Assembly (NCBI GenBank): GCA_030295235.1
Contig: AP026130.1
Coordinates: 1,364,001-1,428,000 of the forward strand
Direction of reading: 5' to 3'
From: Fistulifera solaris
Lineage: Eukaryota
DNA length: 64,000 nt
Position 1 is the stretch's first letter; each line of letters starts with the position of its first letter. The notes under the pieces are model-generated. The model saw nothing but the letters and a program-made list of their open reading frames with translations, did no database searches and was not told the origin of the DNA. Positions 1-10,616 of this stretch are shown piece by piece. The position numbers and the translations under genes were made by a program.

Positions 1-231
1 ATTGGGTGCTTCTTTCGTATGTAATGAAAAGTCTCGTACACACAAGAGTTCCCATGTCTTCTCTTTATCAATGCAACGAAACACTTGCTCACAACGAGCG
101 ACGTCTTGAAATGTCAAGAAGGAAAGGAAATGATGCGTCCATAGTTCGGGAACACCCAAAACGTCCGTTGCATCCAGTGGTTTCGAAGGACGGTTATCGA
201 GGTTCGTATCGTTCGCGAATGAATGTGGCAT
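1..231 (-). CDS. 5' part of an F-box-like protein, paralog of the gene at 27111 (runs off window start)
   Basis: Hand translation from ATG at 231: MPHSF...LWTHHFLSFLTFQDVARCEQVFRCIDKEKTWELLCVRDFSLHTKEAPN, nearly identical to LWSHHFLPFLTFQDVAHCEQVFRCIDKERTWERLCARDFSLHTQEAPDN of the 27111 gene. Absent from the ORF track because it has no stop in the window. Confidence 0.85.
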   Translation of the reverse strand, partial: MPHSFANDTNLDNRPSKPLDATDVLGVPELWTHHFLSFLTFQDVARCEQVFRCIDKEKTWELLCVRDFSLHTKEAPN

Positions 232-443
232 CTTTAGAGATGTTCAAATGAAGAGAAAAGGATGTTTCGAAAGGAGGAAGGAATGAAAGAAGAAGGGAAG
301 AACGACAAAAGAGAGAGGTTCGTCAACGAATGATGCATGCATGCAATGAAGTGTGAAGAAAATACATAAACGTGGATAGGACTTAAAATATAACATTGAA
401 TTATTATCTTATTATTATTACATAAAATAATACGCGGGTATAA

Positions 444-689
444 TAGGATCGATGCAGTCTGATGACTGCAATCCAGTCGTGGATTCATACAACCAACTGT
501 TTGGATCATAGTAAAAACATGAAGGTCAGGATTCGAGAGCATTGCCGGCTGAAATCGCAATTGCGCGATATTTCCAAGTTGAGAGCATAATAAGCTTAGA
601 TTTATTAATGTAATGAGTTTATAATCAAACGCGAAAAAGACAAGAAAAACTCGCGCTGCAGGCTGCATTTACAAAAGGATCGATGCATC
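444..689 (-). repeat. ~240-bp intergenic repeat unit, inverted relative to the copies at 12588-12953
   Basis: Reverse complement matches 12.6-12.95 kb (ttcagccggcaatgctctcgaatcctgac...atccaaacagttgg...cagactgcatcgatcct); spurious ORFs at both sites share QPAMLSNPD..IQTVG. Confidence 0.85.
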
Positions 690-982
690 TCGTTTTTTCG
701 CCGTGAGACGTACCGGTACTTGGAATCATGGTAAGGCTATTTCGTCATCGGTCACGCCTGGGTCACGCAATGCATGACAGGATTAAAGAAAACCGTCCGT
801 CTATCCGGTCGCAGGAGGAAAAACTCCAGCCGACGCGACGAAAAGACGACGATGAAACGATGATCGACGAGGACGAGAGGAGGAGAAAGAAAATGATTTC
901 ATCACACACCCACACAAATATACGAAAGTAAAGCCCATCTTTCTCTTTATTAGAAAACTAAAGAATCAACTCACGCTTAAAG

Positions 983-3900
983 ATGATACGGCAATGCTTA
1001 CCGTCGTCACGTCATGCAAAAGCGATAGCAAATCACCGACGCATTCTTTCGAAACGACCGCTCGCGGCTTCCAGTAATCACAATCACAATCGTCACAAAG
1101 ATAATCACTCGGATAACAACCGAAGAATTCCTTCAAATACAGTCTCGAAGGATGGAGACGACAACAAGCAGAAAGAATTGAATCATGTTATGAAAGCATT
1201 CTTTCAAAATCGTAACACCGCACCAAATACTTCCGACAAATCAAGTCTTCGCCCTTTCCACCACAACAATAACAGACATCACAATAACAGGAATAGAACA
1301 AATGAACAGCAGAATTGGCGGCCTTTATTTCCCAAGCAACAGCAAAACAATCAGACGTCATCCTTGCAGAAGGATACGACGCCTCCTTTGACTCAAACGA
1401 CAAACTCCAACAATACGAATGATTCGATACGAGCCTTCTTTCAAAGCACTTCGGCACGTAAGAATGCTGCGTCGCAGCCACAGCAGCAGCAGCAGCCGCC
1501 GCAGCAACCTTCGTCTTTATCCAGCAGCCGAGGGAAATTTCCTTGGGATCTCAAACCTTTACAAAGGACGTCGACCGATACGACTACTCCTCGAACCGAC
1601 TTTGCATCCGTTTTGGATAAATACAAGACGTCTTCTTCGAACATGGAAAGGAAAACCGAGCCATCATCTTCAGTAACACCGCCGGCTACGAATACGACAA
1701 CATCGCTACCGAGACCCCCGCCGCGTTCTGGGGTCGGATTGGCGGCACCAGCAAACCCACAGCCGTTCACGTCACCGCTCTCCGAAATGATTCGTAAGAT
1801 GCAGTTGGCACAGCAACAGAAGCAGCAACAGCAGGAAAGTGGGAATGCAATGAATCCTTTGGCGAATGAACCGCGTTGGCGTACCAGTCCGCTGCGTGCG
1901 TTGCGTCAGTCGTCGCGCATAAACAACCAACAGCATTCAAACAACGGCCATAATATCAGTGTCAACAAAGCGAATGATTTCTTGAAAGCTGCCGACACGG
2001 ACCGAACACGGCGACGTCGACCACGTAAACGACAACCTCTTCAAGTCGTACTGCCTTCCTACAGTTTGTCTATTACGGAAACATCGCTACTGTTTCGACA
2101 GCCCAAACGTCACATTGAACGAATCTTGCGTCAATTGGGTGCGGCGCAAGTCACTTCACTGGATCGTGAGCTGCTGGAGTTGGTGGCGAGTGAATGTTCG
2201 CATTTGCAAATTGTTGATCAACTGCAAGACAAGGAACATGATTCCGATGAGGATGAGGCCATTCGCATGAGTTGGCCGGCACGACCTCCGGTAGTCACCG
2301 TCATGGGGCATGTTGATCATGGTAAGACGACGCTGATGGATGCTCTACGGCGGAGGGCACCCGGTAATAAGATGACGACGGGATCTTCGAAAAATAACAT
2401 CAAGTCCGGAAAGAAAAAAGGAGCACCAGCCAATGTTGGAGATATTGCCGGTACGGAAGCAGGAGGTATTACCCAAGTCATTACTGCGTTTCAAGTAGCA
2501 CTGGAAGGTTCAGATGCGGCGGTTACTTTTTTGGATACACCGGGACATGCTGCTTTTCGGAATATGCGAGAATCGGGTTTGGAAGCCGCCGATGTTATTG
2601 TTCTAGTTGTCGCTGCCGAAGACGGACTGGCTGCACAATCTCTGGAAATACTCCAATTCTATAAGAGTCTTTTGGAACAAAATGTAGACATCTCCTTGGT
2701 GGTTGCCATGAACAAAATCGATCAACCAGGAATCAATCTTGAAGAATGCCAATATCGTTTAGAAAACCAACTTCTTCAAGAAGGCATTTTGGTCGAAGGA
2801 ATGCCACAGACCGATGGAGATTTTTTCGGGTCGCCAGTACCTCTGTATCCCATTTCTGCAAAAGAAGGGACTGGTTTAGATGATATGATTGAAGGTCTTA
2901 TTCTTCAAAGTGAAATAATGGATCTTCGTGCTCCAAAGGAAGAACCAGCGAGCGGAATCTTGCTTGATGCACGAATTGAGAAGGGGCTGGGGGTTGTAGT
3001 TGATGCTATTGTACGCAGTGGCGATCTGAAGAAGGGCGATGTGGTAGTGAGCGGTGAGCACAAGGGTCGAGTGCGAATTTTGAAATCGACACAAGGCAAC
3101 ACACAGGTCAGTGAGGCGTCAGCATCTCAACCTGTGCGTATCATGGGGTTTGACAGTTTACCGACCGCCGGCGATCTTTTCCGCGTTGTGGAATCCGAAG
3201 AAATCGCACAAGAATTAGTAGAAAAAGCTGCCGCGATAAAGGATACTGCGGAAAATAAACCAGCGATGATGGCCGCCGTTGAAATACAAGGTTCCGGTAA
3301 AGACACACTGGACAAAAATTGGCAAAGCAATCTTAAAGAAAAGTATGAAATTGGGGAGGCAGATTCTAGCATCATTCGTGTACCAATGGTGCTCAAAGCA
3401 AGTGCAGATGGCACTCTTATGGCACTTCATGAAGCATTGCAGACCTTAATGGCAACTTCAAAGTATAAGCTGCATCTCGATATAGTTCAAATGGCAGTGG
3501 GACCTGTATCGGAGAACGACATGCAACTCGCTGGTGAGAGCGGAGCTATGGTACTGGGTTTCGACGTGAAAGTTCCTTCTTCGAACGAAACAGAAATTCC
3601 TGTCTTTCAGAGTAAAGTTATATATTCCTTGCTCGACAGTGCTCGTGATGCTATGGCTGAACGCTACCTACCACCTAAGATGGTCGAACAAATTCACGGC
3701 AAGGCGGACGTACAAGCTGTGTTTTCTATTGGCGGTGTCAAAACTAAGGTCGCTGGTCTGCGCGTGCTTCAGGGGCGGCTGCATCGCCAGAAAGTAAACG
3801 GGGTAGCAATCCAATATCGTGTATTGGGGAAAGACAAAACGGTGAAAGTTGCCAATGGAAAAGTACTTAGTCTGAAGCAATTCAAACAGGACGTAGACGA

Positions 3901-4009
3901 GGTTGGAAGTGGTCAAGAATGTGGCTTGGCATTGGAAGGATATGATCAATACGAAGACGGCGACATCGTAGAATGTTTCTCTGTTTCCTCAAAGTATGAG
4001 TTCTGCTAA
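983..4009 (+). CDS. Translation initiation factor IF-2, organellar (probably mitochondrial)
   Basis: RPPVVTVMGHVDHGKTTL (G1), EAGGITQ (G2), FLDTPGHAAF (G3), NKID (G4), ISAKEG (G5), C-terminal SLKQFKQDVDEV..GQECG; Arg-rich N-terminus followed by a long N/Q-rich extension. Confidence 0.93.
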   Translation: MIRQCLPSSRHAKAIANHRRILSKRPLAASSNHNHNRHKDNHSDNNRRIPSNTVSKDGDDNKQKELNHVMKAFFQNRNTAPNTSDKSSLRPFHHNNNRHHNNRNRTNEQQNWRPLFPKQQQNNQTSSLQKDTTPPLTQTTNSNNTNDSIRAFFQSTSARKNAASQPQQQQQPPQQPSSLSSSRGKFPWDLKPLQRTSTDTTTPRTDFASVLDKYKTSSSNMERKTEPSSSVTPPATNTTTSLPRPPPRSGVGLAAPANPQPFTSPLSEMIRKMQLAQQQKQQQQESGNAMNPLANEPRWRTSPLRALRQSSRINNQQHSNNGHNISVNKANDFLKAADTDRTRRRRPRKRQPLQVVLPSYSLSITETSLLFRQPKRHIERILRQLGAAQVTSLDRELLELVASECSHLQIVDQLQDKEHDSDEDEAIRMSWPARPPVVTVMGHVDHGKTTLMDALRRRAPGNKMTTGSSKNNIKSGKKKGAPANVGDIAGTEAGGITQVITAFQVALEGSDAAVTFLDTPGHAAFRNMRESGLEAADVIVLVVAAEDGLAAQSLEILQFYKSLLEQNVDISLVVAMNKIDQPGINLEECQYRLENQLLQEGILVEGMPQTDGDFFGSPVPLYPISAKEGTGLDDMIEGLILQSEIMDLRAPKEEPASGILLDARIEKGLGVVVDAIVRSGDLKKGDVVVSGEHKGRVRILKSTQGNTQVSEASASQPVRIMGFDSLPTAGDLFRVVESEEIAQELVEKAAAIKDTAENKPAMMAAVEIQGSGKDTLDKNWQSNLKEKYEIGEADSSIIRVPMVLKASADGTLMALHEALQTLMATSKYKLHLDIVQMAVGPVSENDMQLAGESGAMVLGFDVKVPSSNETEIPVFQSKVIYSLLDSARDAMAERYLPPKMVEQIHGKADVQAVFSIGGVKTKVAGLRVLQGRLHRQKVNGVAIQYRVLGKDKTVKVANGKVLSLKQFKQDVDEVGSGQECGLALEGYDQYEDGDIVECFSVSSKYEFC

Positions 4010-4108
4010 GTTTTAAACCGTTAAAGGTTAAACAGCGGATGAATTCGTACTATTGTGATTTAGAACGTTGTGCAAAACGGTTGACATATATTTGATGTTA
4101 TTCTTTAA

Positions 4109-5645
4109 CTAAGATTCTTCGTCAGAGGACGTATCGGCGACGGTGTTGCTCGATTTGAAGACAGTGATGAGAGAACGAACCTCTGCTACACTTGCCGATC
4201 CATTTCCAAGATCCAAAGCAGCAAACAATGCGTTGAAGTCTCCATCTGACATGGTTCCCATTTTGCCAGAGTCGACAATATTTTTCAGCTGAGCCCGACT
4301 AATGTGTTCACCGTACTGAGAGAGTTCATCCTTCATTCCGGCGGCCGAAAGTTGGTTGGCCGACTTTCCAACTGTAATACCTTGAGCAACGCGACGTGCG
4401 AAATCCTTTCGCGATCCTTCTTTGGCGGATTTCATTGCGTACATGTGATACGCGGCAAATGCGATGAACAGAGCTCCAACACCGATGGCAAACATGCCTA
4501 CAGCGAAACCGGCACTCTTCTCGTCACTGCTTTCCGACTTCTGTTCTTCAACAGGCTCACTCTCTCCAGCGGGGGCACTCGCTGGCTCATCAGCGGGCGA
4601 TTCAGCCGGCTCGTCGTCAGAGGTTTCGACAGTTTCACCTTCAGCTAAGACCTTGTAGATAGGAGAAGAGTCGACGATAGTTTCGCAGTTATCGCATGTG
4701 CGGCATCGGTGAATGATTTCACGGCCAAGCAACATTTGGGAGGACGAGATGTAGAGCCTTCGTAGGACGCAACCGTGGCGTGATTGCACGTTTCAGTGTC
4801 AACGTAGCAAAGGATCAATTTCAGCAATCGGTCCATCTGACTTGTAGAGATCATCATCGGAGCATCGAGCAAGTTCCAGTTCACGGCTTCCGTGCAGGGA
4901 GGGGTAGTCAGACCTCCCTTGTATGTAGACACCGAAGTCCTGGTTTGTGGGAAGATCGTACACGTTCACGGCTGAGGTAGCGTCCACCATGGCGAGCTCT
5001 TCAACGGCACCTGTTCCTACCGCCGGGCAAGTGACCTTTTGTTGAACGGCAACAAAGTCGTCTTGCAAACGACGTCCTTCGGGCACTGCGCAAGTAGTTT
5101 CAGCGGCGTTAGCAACCCTCTCCAACCGCGAAGGAAGTTCTCGAAAAGGGCATGATCCGCGACGTCAGCTCCAGAGGAGATCATCGTTCCGAACACGGCG
5201 AAAGACTCGCCGGTCGACTCTTAGTGAACAACGTGAAGCTCTGCTTCGTAATAGTCTCCTTCGATAGTGTGTTCCGAAGAGGCATGAACGTGAAACTGAA
5301 GAGCGTTGAACTCGTTATAGTACCGAAAGAGCAGTTATCGCCCTTGACGACTTCGACACCGTTCTTGGTGATGCCGTACTTGAGGTCTTCCCAGGTGCAG
5401 TCTCCTCCGGTGAATGTGTAAGCACTCATGTCGGTATCGCACTGCGCCTTGTTGTAGATAGGCACGGGAGATTGCCCAAAGCCGCTCGTCATGTAGGTGC
5501 TTCCGCACTGATTATCTTCGGTGTCGACGAAGGCCCAGTGATTGGGGCCGAAGCCGCTCTCTTCGAAATACGTGTAGAATCCTTGCGCAGCGTTAGTGTG
5601 TTTAGCGGCGACAGCCGCAAGAAGAACAGAGAACTGGAGCTTCAT
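4109..5645 (-). CDS. Alpha-carbonic anhydrase with signal peptide, acidic linker, TM helix and EF-hand-like cytosolic tail (disrupted in this assembly)
   Basis: MKLQFSVLLAAVAA signal, GPNHW, QSPV, QFHVH/SEH/ELHVVH, GGLTTPPCTEAVNW; tail ETSDDEPAESPADEP - AGFAVGMFAIGVGALFIAFAAY - DFNALFAALDLGNGSASVAEV. Several indels, a 19-nt deletion at 5316/5317 versus the other copy, in-frame TAA at 5221-5223. Confidence 0.85.
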
Positions 5646-7258
5646 GGTGAAAAATGAAGGAAACGATGAGAAAATAACGATAGTGCGAGTAGCGACGACT
5701 TGTGAGAAAAAATGTGCGCCGAATTGCGGATGCACAAGGTAGGGAAGTTGCGTGAATGCATAAGTATGTCGTATCTTCCGGAGTGTGATGTAAAGTGTAG
5801 GCCAGCAAGAGACCTCGCGGACTTGATGACGTCTGAGGTTGAATTTCGTGGCCGTACGTCAGCCGAGTTGTCAAGCCAGATGTATCACCATAGGTATTCA
5901 TCTGGCTCACAATTCTAGCCTATACTCATTCGAGAAATTGATACTGACGTCTTTACCTGAGTTTCGGATCGAAGTTTCGTAGCCACTCAACTTTGGGTGA
6001 CGTGTCGAGATAGCAATCAACTCGCCATCCATCTTTGTCTACGTAAGTTCCACGAAGTTCAACCTCAGACGTCATCAAGTCCGCGAGGTCTCTTGCTGGC
6101 CTACACTTTACATCACACTCCGGAAGATACGACATACTTATGCATTCACGCAACTTCCCTACCTTGTGCATCCGCAATTCGGCGCACATTTTTTCTCACA
6201 AGTCGTCGCTACTCGCACTATCGTTATTTTCTCATCGTTTCCTTCATTTTCACCATGAAGCTCCAGTTCTCGTTCTTCTTGCGGCTGTCGCCGCTAAACA
6301 CACTAACGCTGCGCAAGGATTCTACACGTATTTCGAAGAGAGCGGCTTCGGCCCCAATCACTGGGCCTTCGTCGACACCGAAGATAATCAGTGCGGAAGC
6401 ACCTACATGACGAGCGGCTTTGGGCAATCTCCCGTGCCTATCTACAACAAGGCGCAGTGCGATACCGACATGAGTGCTTACACATTCACCGGAGGAGACT
6501 GCACCTGGGAAGACCTCAAGTACGGCATCACCAAGAACGGTGTCGAAGTCGTCAAGGGCGATAACTGCTCTTTCGGTACTATGAAGATCCCCCACACTCC
6601 CAACGAGTTCAACGCTCTTCAGTTTCACGTTCATGCCTCTTCGGAACACACTATCGAAGGAGACTATTACGAAGCAGAGCTTCACGTTGTTCACTAAGAG
6701 TCGACCGGCGAGTCTTTCGCCGTGTTCGGAACGATGATCTCCTCTGGAGCTGACGTCGCGGATCATGCCCTTTCGAGAACTTCCTTCGCGGCTGGAGAGG
6801 GTTGCTAACGCCGCTGAAACTACTTGCGCAGTGCCCGAAGGACGTCGTTTGCAAGACGACTTTGTTGCCGTTCAACAAAAGGTCACTTGCCCGGCGGTAG
6901 GAACAGGTGCCGTTGAAGAGCTCGCCATGGTGGACGCTACCTCAGCCGTGAACGTGTACGATCTTCCCACAAACCAGGACTTCGGTGTCTACACACAAGG
7001 GAGGTCTGACTACCTCCCTGCACGGAAGCCGTGAACTGGAACTTGCTCGATGCTCCGATGATGATCTCTACAAGTCAGATGGACCGATTGCTGAAATTGA
7101 TCCTTTGCTACGTTGACACTGAAACGTGCAATCACGCCACGGTTGCGTCCTACGAAGGCTCTACATCTCGTCCTCCCAAATGTTGCTCGGCCGTGAAATC
7201 ATTCACCGATGCCGCACATGCGATAACTGCGAAACTATCGTCGACTCTGCCCCTATCT
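4657..7258. repeat. Large inverted duplication: arms ~4657-5850 and 6051-~7258, 200-bp spacer
   Basis: acttgatgacgtctgaggttgaatttcgtg (5821-5850) is the near-exact reverse complement of 6051-6080; identity continues through 5' flank and CA domain; near-identical ORF translations on opposite strands. Confidence 0.95.
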
Positions 7259-7272
7259 GGGTTCTAGCCTAA
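6255..7272 (+). CDS. Alpha-carbonic anhydrase, secreted version without anchor (disrupted in this assembly)
   Basis: Same CA motifs (QFHVHASSEHTIEG..EAELHVVH); C-terminus ETIVDSAPIWVLA then TAA at 7270-7272; several indels and in-frame TAA at 6695-6697. Confidence 0.82.
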
Positions 7273-7574
7273 TTTTTAAACTTGATTTCTATACACAAAT
7301 ATCTTCAATATTTTCATACAGCTTTCTCCTCGTAATTACTCCCTCTAGTTTGTCGTGCTTGGCATCTTGCCTTGAAGGAAAACTGTTTGTTTTTTATTTT
7401 ATTAAAAAGTGCACCAGCTAGTTTCGGTGGCCGGGTCAAAGCCCCATGAAAGAAGCTTCATCGTCAGACCTGAATTTTTTATCTTGAGGTCTCGTTTTGT
7501 ATGAACGGATCGAATGAGTTCCTTTAGACTTCGCTTATTGAGTTATTCTCTTTGTTACATACTTCATACTATCT

Positions 7575-9143
7575 TTACACATAATCGCGTTCTTTCTCTG
7601 AATGCATTTTTCCTGGCGGCTCATTACGGATATGCCTGCTTGCTAGCTCACACACAACAGCTCCTGTCAGTGGCTTCTTTATTGCCTCGCTGCTTATCGA
7701 CGATAGCTCTTCCAAGGTTACGTATCGATCGATCTTGGGCCTTATGTATCGCGAGGAAAGCATTTCCAGCAAGTACTTCATATCGGCCCTTACTTGTTCA
7801 CCATTTACGCGAACATGCTCCGCAAAATCGAGCATGGTAGCTCTTTTCATCTTGGATATTTTTAGTTGTTCGACCATTGAACTGATTCCTTGAGCTTCGT
7901 CCTGCTGCTTGGATACACAAACAAGGCGACCGTGCTTAGCTAACGCTTTTCGAAGTGCTTTGAATTTATTAGGAAAGCAATAATCCACCACAATATCAAT
8001 CGATCCCTCTACGACCCATCCCCAATCATCTAGCATATGCACTTGTTGATCCTTCATTTCGCCTTTACCGTGTACAAAGATTTCCTCCACACCCGCCAGT
8101 TTAGCCATGCGTATTAATGCTCGTGATTCTACAGTCAGTCCTCCTGTTATCAAAAGTCTTCTTCCCGTCAGGCAGGTGATGCTGTAGCAATAAGGACGTG
8201 CTCTACCGTGATGCAATGCCGTGAAGGCAGGCAGGTAAGCTGACATCAGACTTGCTACGTCTGACAAATCCACTTGATCTGGCACGGGCCACAATCGATC
8301 CGAAGGTATGGATACAAGTTGCGAATTCACTGTCCACCTGGCAATTGCCGCAACCCGTTTGCCTACCTCCAAGCCGTACTGCTCTGCTAATGCTGCATCA
8401 CATTGCCGAATGACACCGACAAAGTTGGTGCCATACTTTTCACTCGACGATGATGCCGAAAATGAGTCATCAAACGAAGTGAACGCCGTAGCTTCGACGG
8501 CCACAATAACATCTTGATTCGCTGCTATGGTGTCTTCCCGCTCTCCGTGTAAATTGCCGAAAAAGGAGCTCCAATCGCAAAATACACTCGTGCAATCGTG
8601 AGGTTGCGATAGCTCTTGTGTCGGCGCTACATTTTCAAAGACTTCTGGTTCTGGTACAATTTCCTCTGGAAGAACTTCTCGTACGTCTTGTCGTTGCTCA
8701 TCTATTTGTGCCTCTTCTTTTCGTTCTATAATACCGTCATCCTGCTGTTGTTGGTTTTGTTCACGTAGATCTTGTTCTAAATCACAGAGAAACGAGCCCC
8801 AATCACACATCATATTTGTGCAGTCATGTGAGTTTGCGAGATCTTCGTCGACGACCTCCTCTTCCTCAAACTCTTCCGATGAAAGGGAGTCTACATCGTC
8901 GTCGTCGTCCTCTTCCGACGATGACGAGGCAGAGGAGCATGAAGACGAGGAGTATGTCGTTTCACTGTCTGCTCGTGCACGATATCGATAACGCGATGAA
9001 GATGGCTGTGCCGTGACTCGTCGATGCTTGACAATATCTCGCTCATCGTAAGAATTGGATCGATCAAAGGATGAATAGTTTTCTTCTCCGTAATTTCTCC
9101 CTGACCTGTTGCTGAGCGTGTAATGATTCTGTCGTGACGGCAT
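7575..9143 (-). CDS. MDR/quinone-oxidoreductase-like protein with long acidic N-terminal extension
   Basis: GTNFVGVI..C...GLEVGKRVAA, VP.QVDLSDVASL...YLPAFTALH, LLITGG, IRPKIDRYVTLEE resemble the GroES + Rossmann MDR fold. Confidence 0.6.
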   Translation of the reverse strand: MPSRQNHYTLSNRSGRNYGEENYSSFDRSNSYDERDIVKHRRVTAQPSSSRYRYRARADSETTYSSSSCSSASSSSEEDDDDDVDSLSSEEFEEEEVVDEDLANSHDCTNMMCDWGSFLCDLEQDLREQNQQQQDDGIIERKEEAQIDEQRQDVREVLPEEIVPEPEVFENVAPTQELSQPHDCTSVFCDWSSFFGNLHGEREDTIAANQDVIVAVEATAFTSFDDSFSASSSSEKYGTNFVGVIRQCDAALAEQYGLEVGKRVAAIARWTVNSQLVSIPSDRLWPVPDQVDLSDVASLMSAYLPAFTALHHGRARPYCYSITCLTGRRLLITGGLTVESRALIRMAKLAGVEEIFVHGKGEMKDQQVHMLDDWGWVVEGSIDIVVDYCFPNKFKALRKALAKHGRLVCVSKQQDEAQGISSMVEQLKISKMKRATMLDFAEHVRVNGEQVRADMKYLLEMLSSRYIRPKIDRYVTLEELSSISSEAIKKPLTGAVVCELASRHIRNEPPGKMHSEKERDYV

Positions 9144-9591
9144 TTTGGCAGGTTATTGCGTAATAATCGTTCTTGTTATCCCACCAAGTTGTTGCTACCG
9201 GATTACTTCACTGCTTTGAAATCAAATGGATGACTTCTTTGTTCGACGTTTGTTGGTAATGATGATTCTTATGTCTCTTGATGGAACGTTGAGAAATCTT
9301 CCATTATTATGGTGGAGTTTCAAAATTTGAACGTTCCAACGGACGAATTTCGCGGTGGCGTTCGGACACGGAACTCTGCATTTAAGCTATATGCGAAACG
9401 TAAAGATCTCTTAGCGTTAACCTTACAGTGATTCAAGCACGCAACAACATGCAACTCGATCGAAAAATTAAAGACGCGACGACGATGGCGTTCATTACAA
9501 ATCAATGTTCTTCTTTCTTATTACCTGTTGCCGTGTTATAACTCGCAATCAGCTCCCATTCAATACAATAAAGCGCACAGAGTAATACATC

Positions 9592-10514
9592 ATGTCACTC
9601 TACTACAAACAAAAGTTTCTAGACGTGTTGAAACTGATACACAAATTGGAACCGTCACCCGGCTTTTCGCAAGCTCTCGGAACTACCTTTCATGATTTAA
9701 CTTCTTCTTCTTCAGCGTCGTCATCTTCCATACAAGTCGAAGACAAAGGGTCGACAGTACGCGTAGAATTACCCGTCAACAGTTCCTTATATATAGAAAG
9801 TAAATCAATTACGCTTTCGACGTACATGGCGATTATGGATGATTTGACAACTTACTCTCTCATGACAGTCGATGGAGGCCGTCCGGGAGTCTCTGTATTT
9901 ATGAACATGGAAACAACGGGTTCCTTGCTGTCATCCGTCGAACGACTGGCGATTACGGCACGGACACGTAAAGTAGGACGGAATTTAGGTTTCACGTCCG
10001 CCGAAATTCGAGATGCGGCAACGAATCGCATGATCTGTCACGGATCACACATCAAATTTTGCCCATGGGTTTTCTAGCAGATTATTTATTACAGTACGGA
10101 TGGCCAGTCATTCAATGGTGGTATGGATTGTCGCACTTTCAGCCGCCTGTGTCAGCGAAGGAACGACTTTCCCTACACGAAGTCATGTCGTCCTTTGATA
10201 CCAACACTGGATCTTTTCGTGTGAAGCCACATCATGCAAGTTTAGGAGGACCTATTCATGGAGGCTGTCAAGCCGTCTTGATGGAAATGGCAGCGTCTAC
10301 AGCGGCCGAATCCACATTGCCGGGATGTTATCTGCAAAGTATTTCCATTGAATATCTGGCCAAACCATCCTGTCCGCTGGTCGATACACAAGTACGAGTT
10401 GTGCATCAAGATTCGTATTCTTTGACGTTAGAGGTTCTGCTGCTATGTAACGGCAAAACAAAAGCGGAAGGAATACTCAAATACATGAAGATGGATGCGT
10501 CTTCGAAATTATAA
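9592..10514 (+). CDS. Double HotDog-fold acyl-CoA thioesterase (one frameshift near 10057)
   Basis: PGVSV, RKVGRNLGFT.AEI, CHGSHIKF, then GPIHGGCQAVLME; ORFs 9592-10077 and 10059-10514 join at a T run. Confidence 0.8.
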
Positions 10515-10616
10515 TGGCTTTATTTGTAGAAGTATTGTATAAAAATATCATTATTAAATGCGAATCAATGCCTTGTAAAAGCCATTACAAGTCAAAAAAA
10601 GAAACGTGTGTTTCGA

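Noticed and set aside
6695..6697. Alternative genetic code (TAA read as Gln)
   Set aside because: TAA terminates other genes here (IF2, kinase, thioesterase), and long ORFs lack internal TAA.
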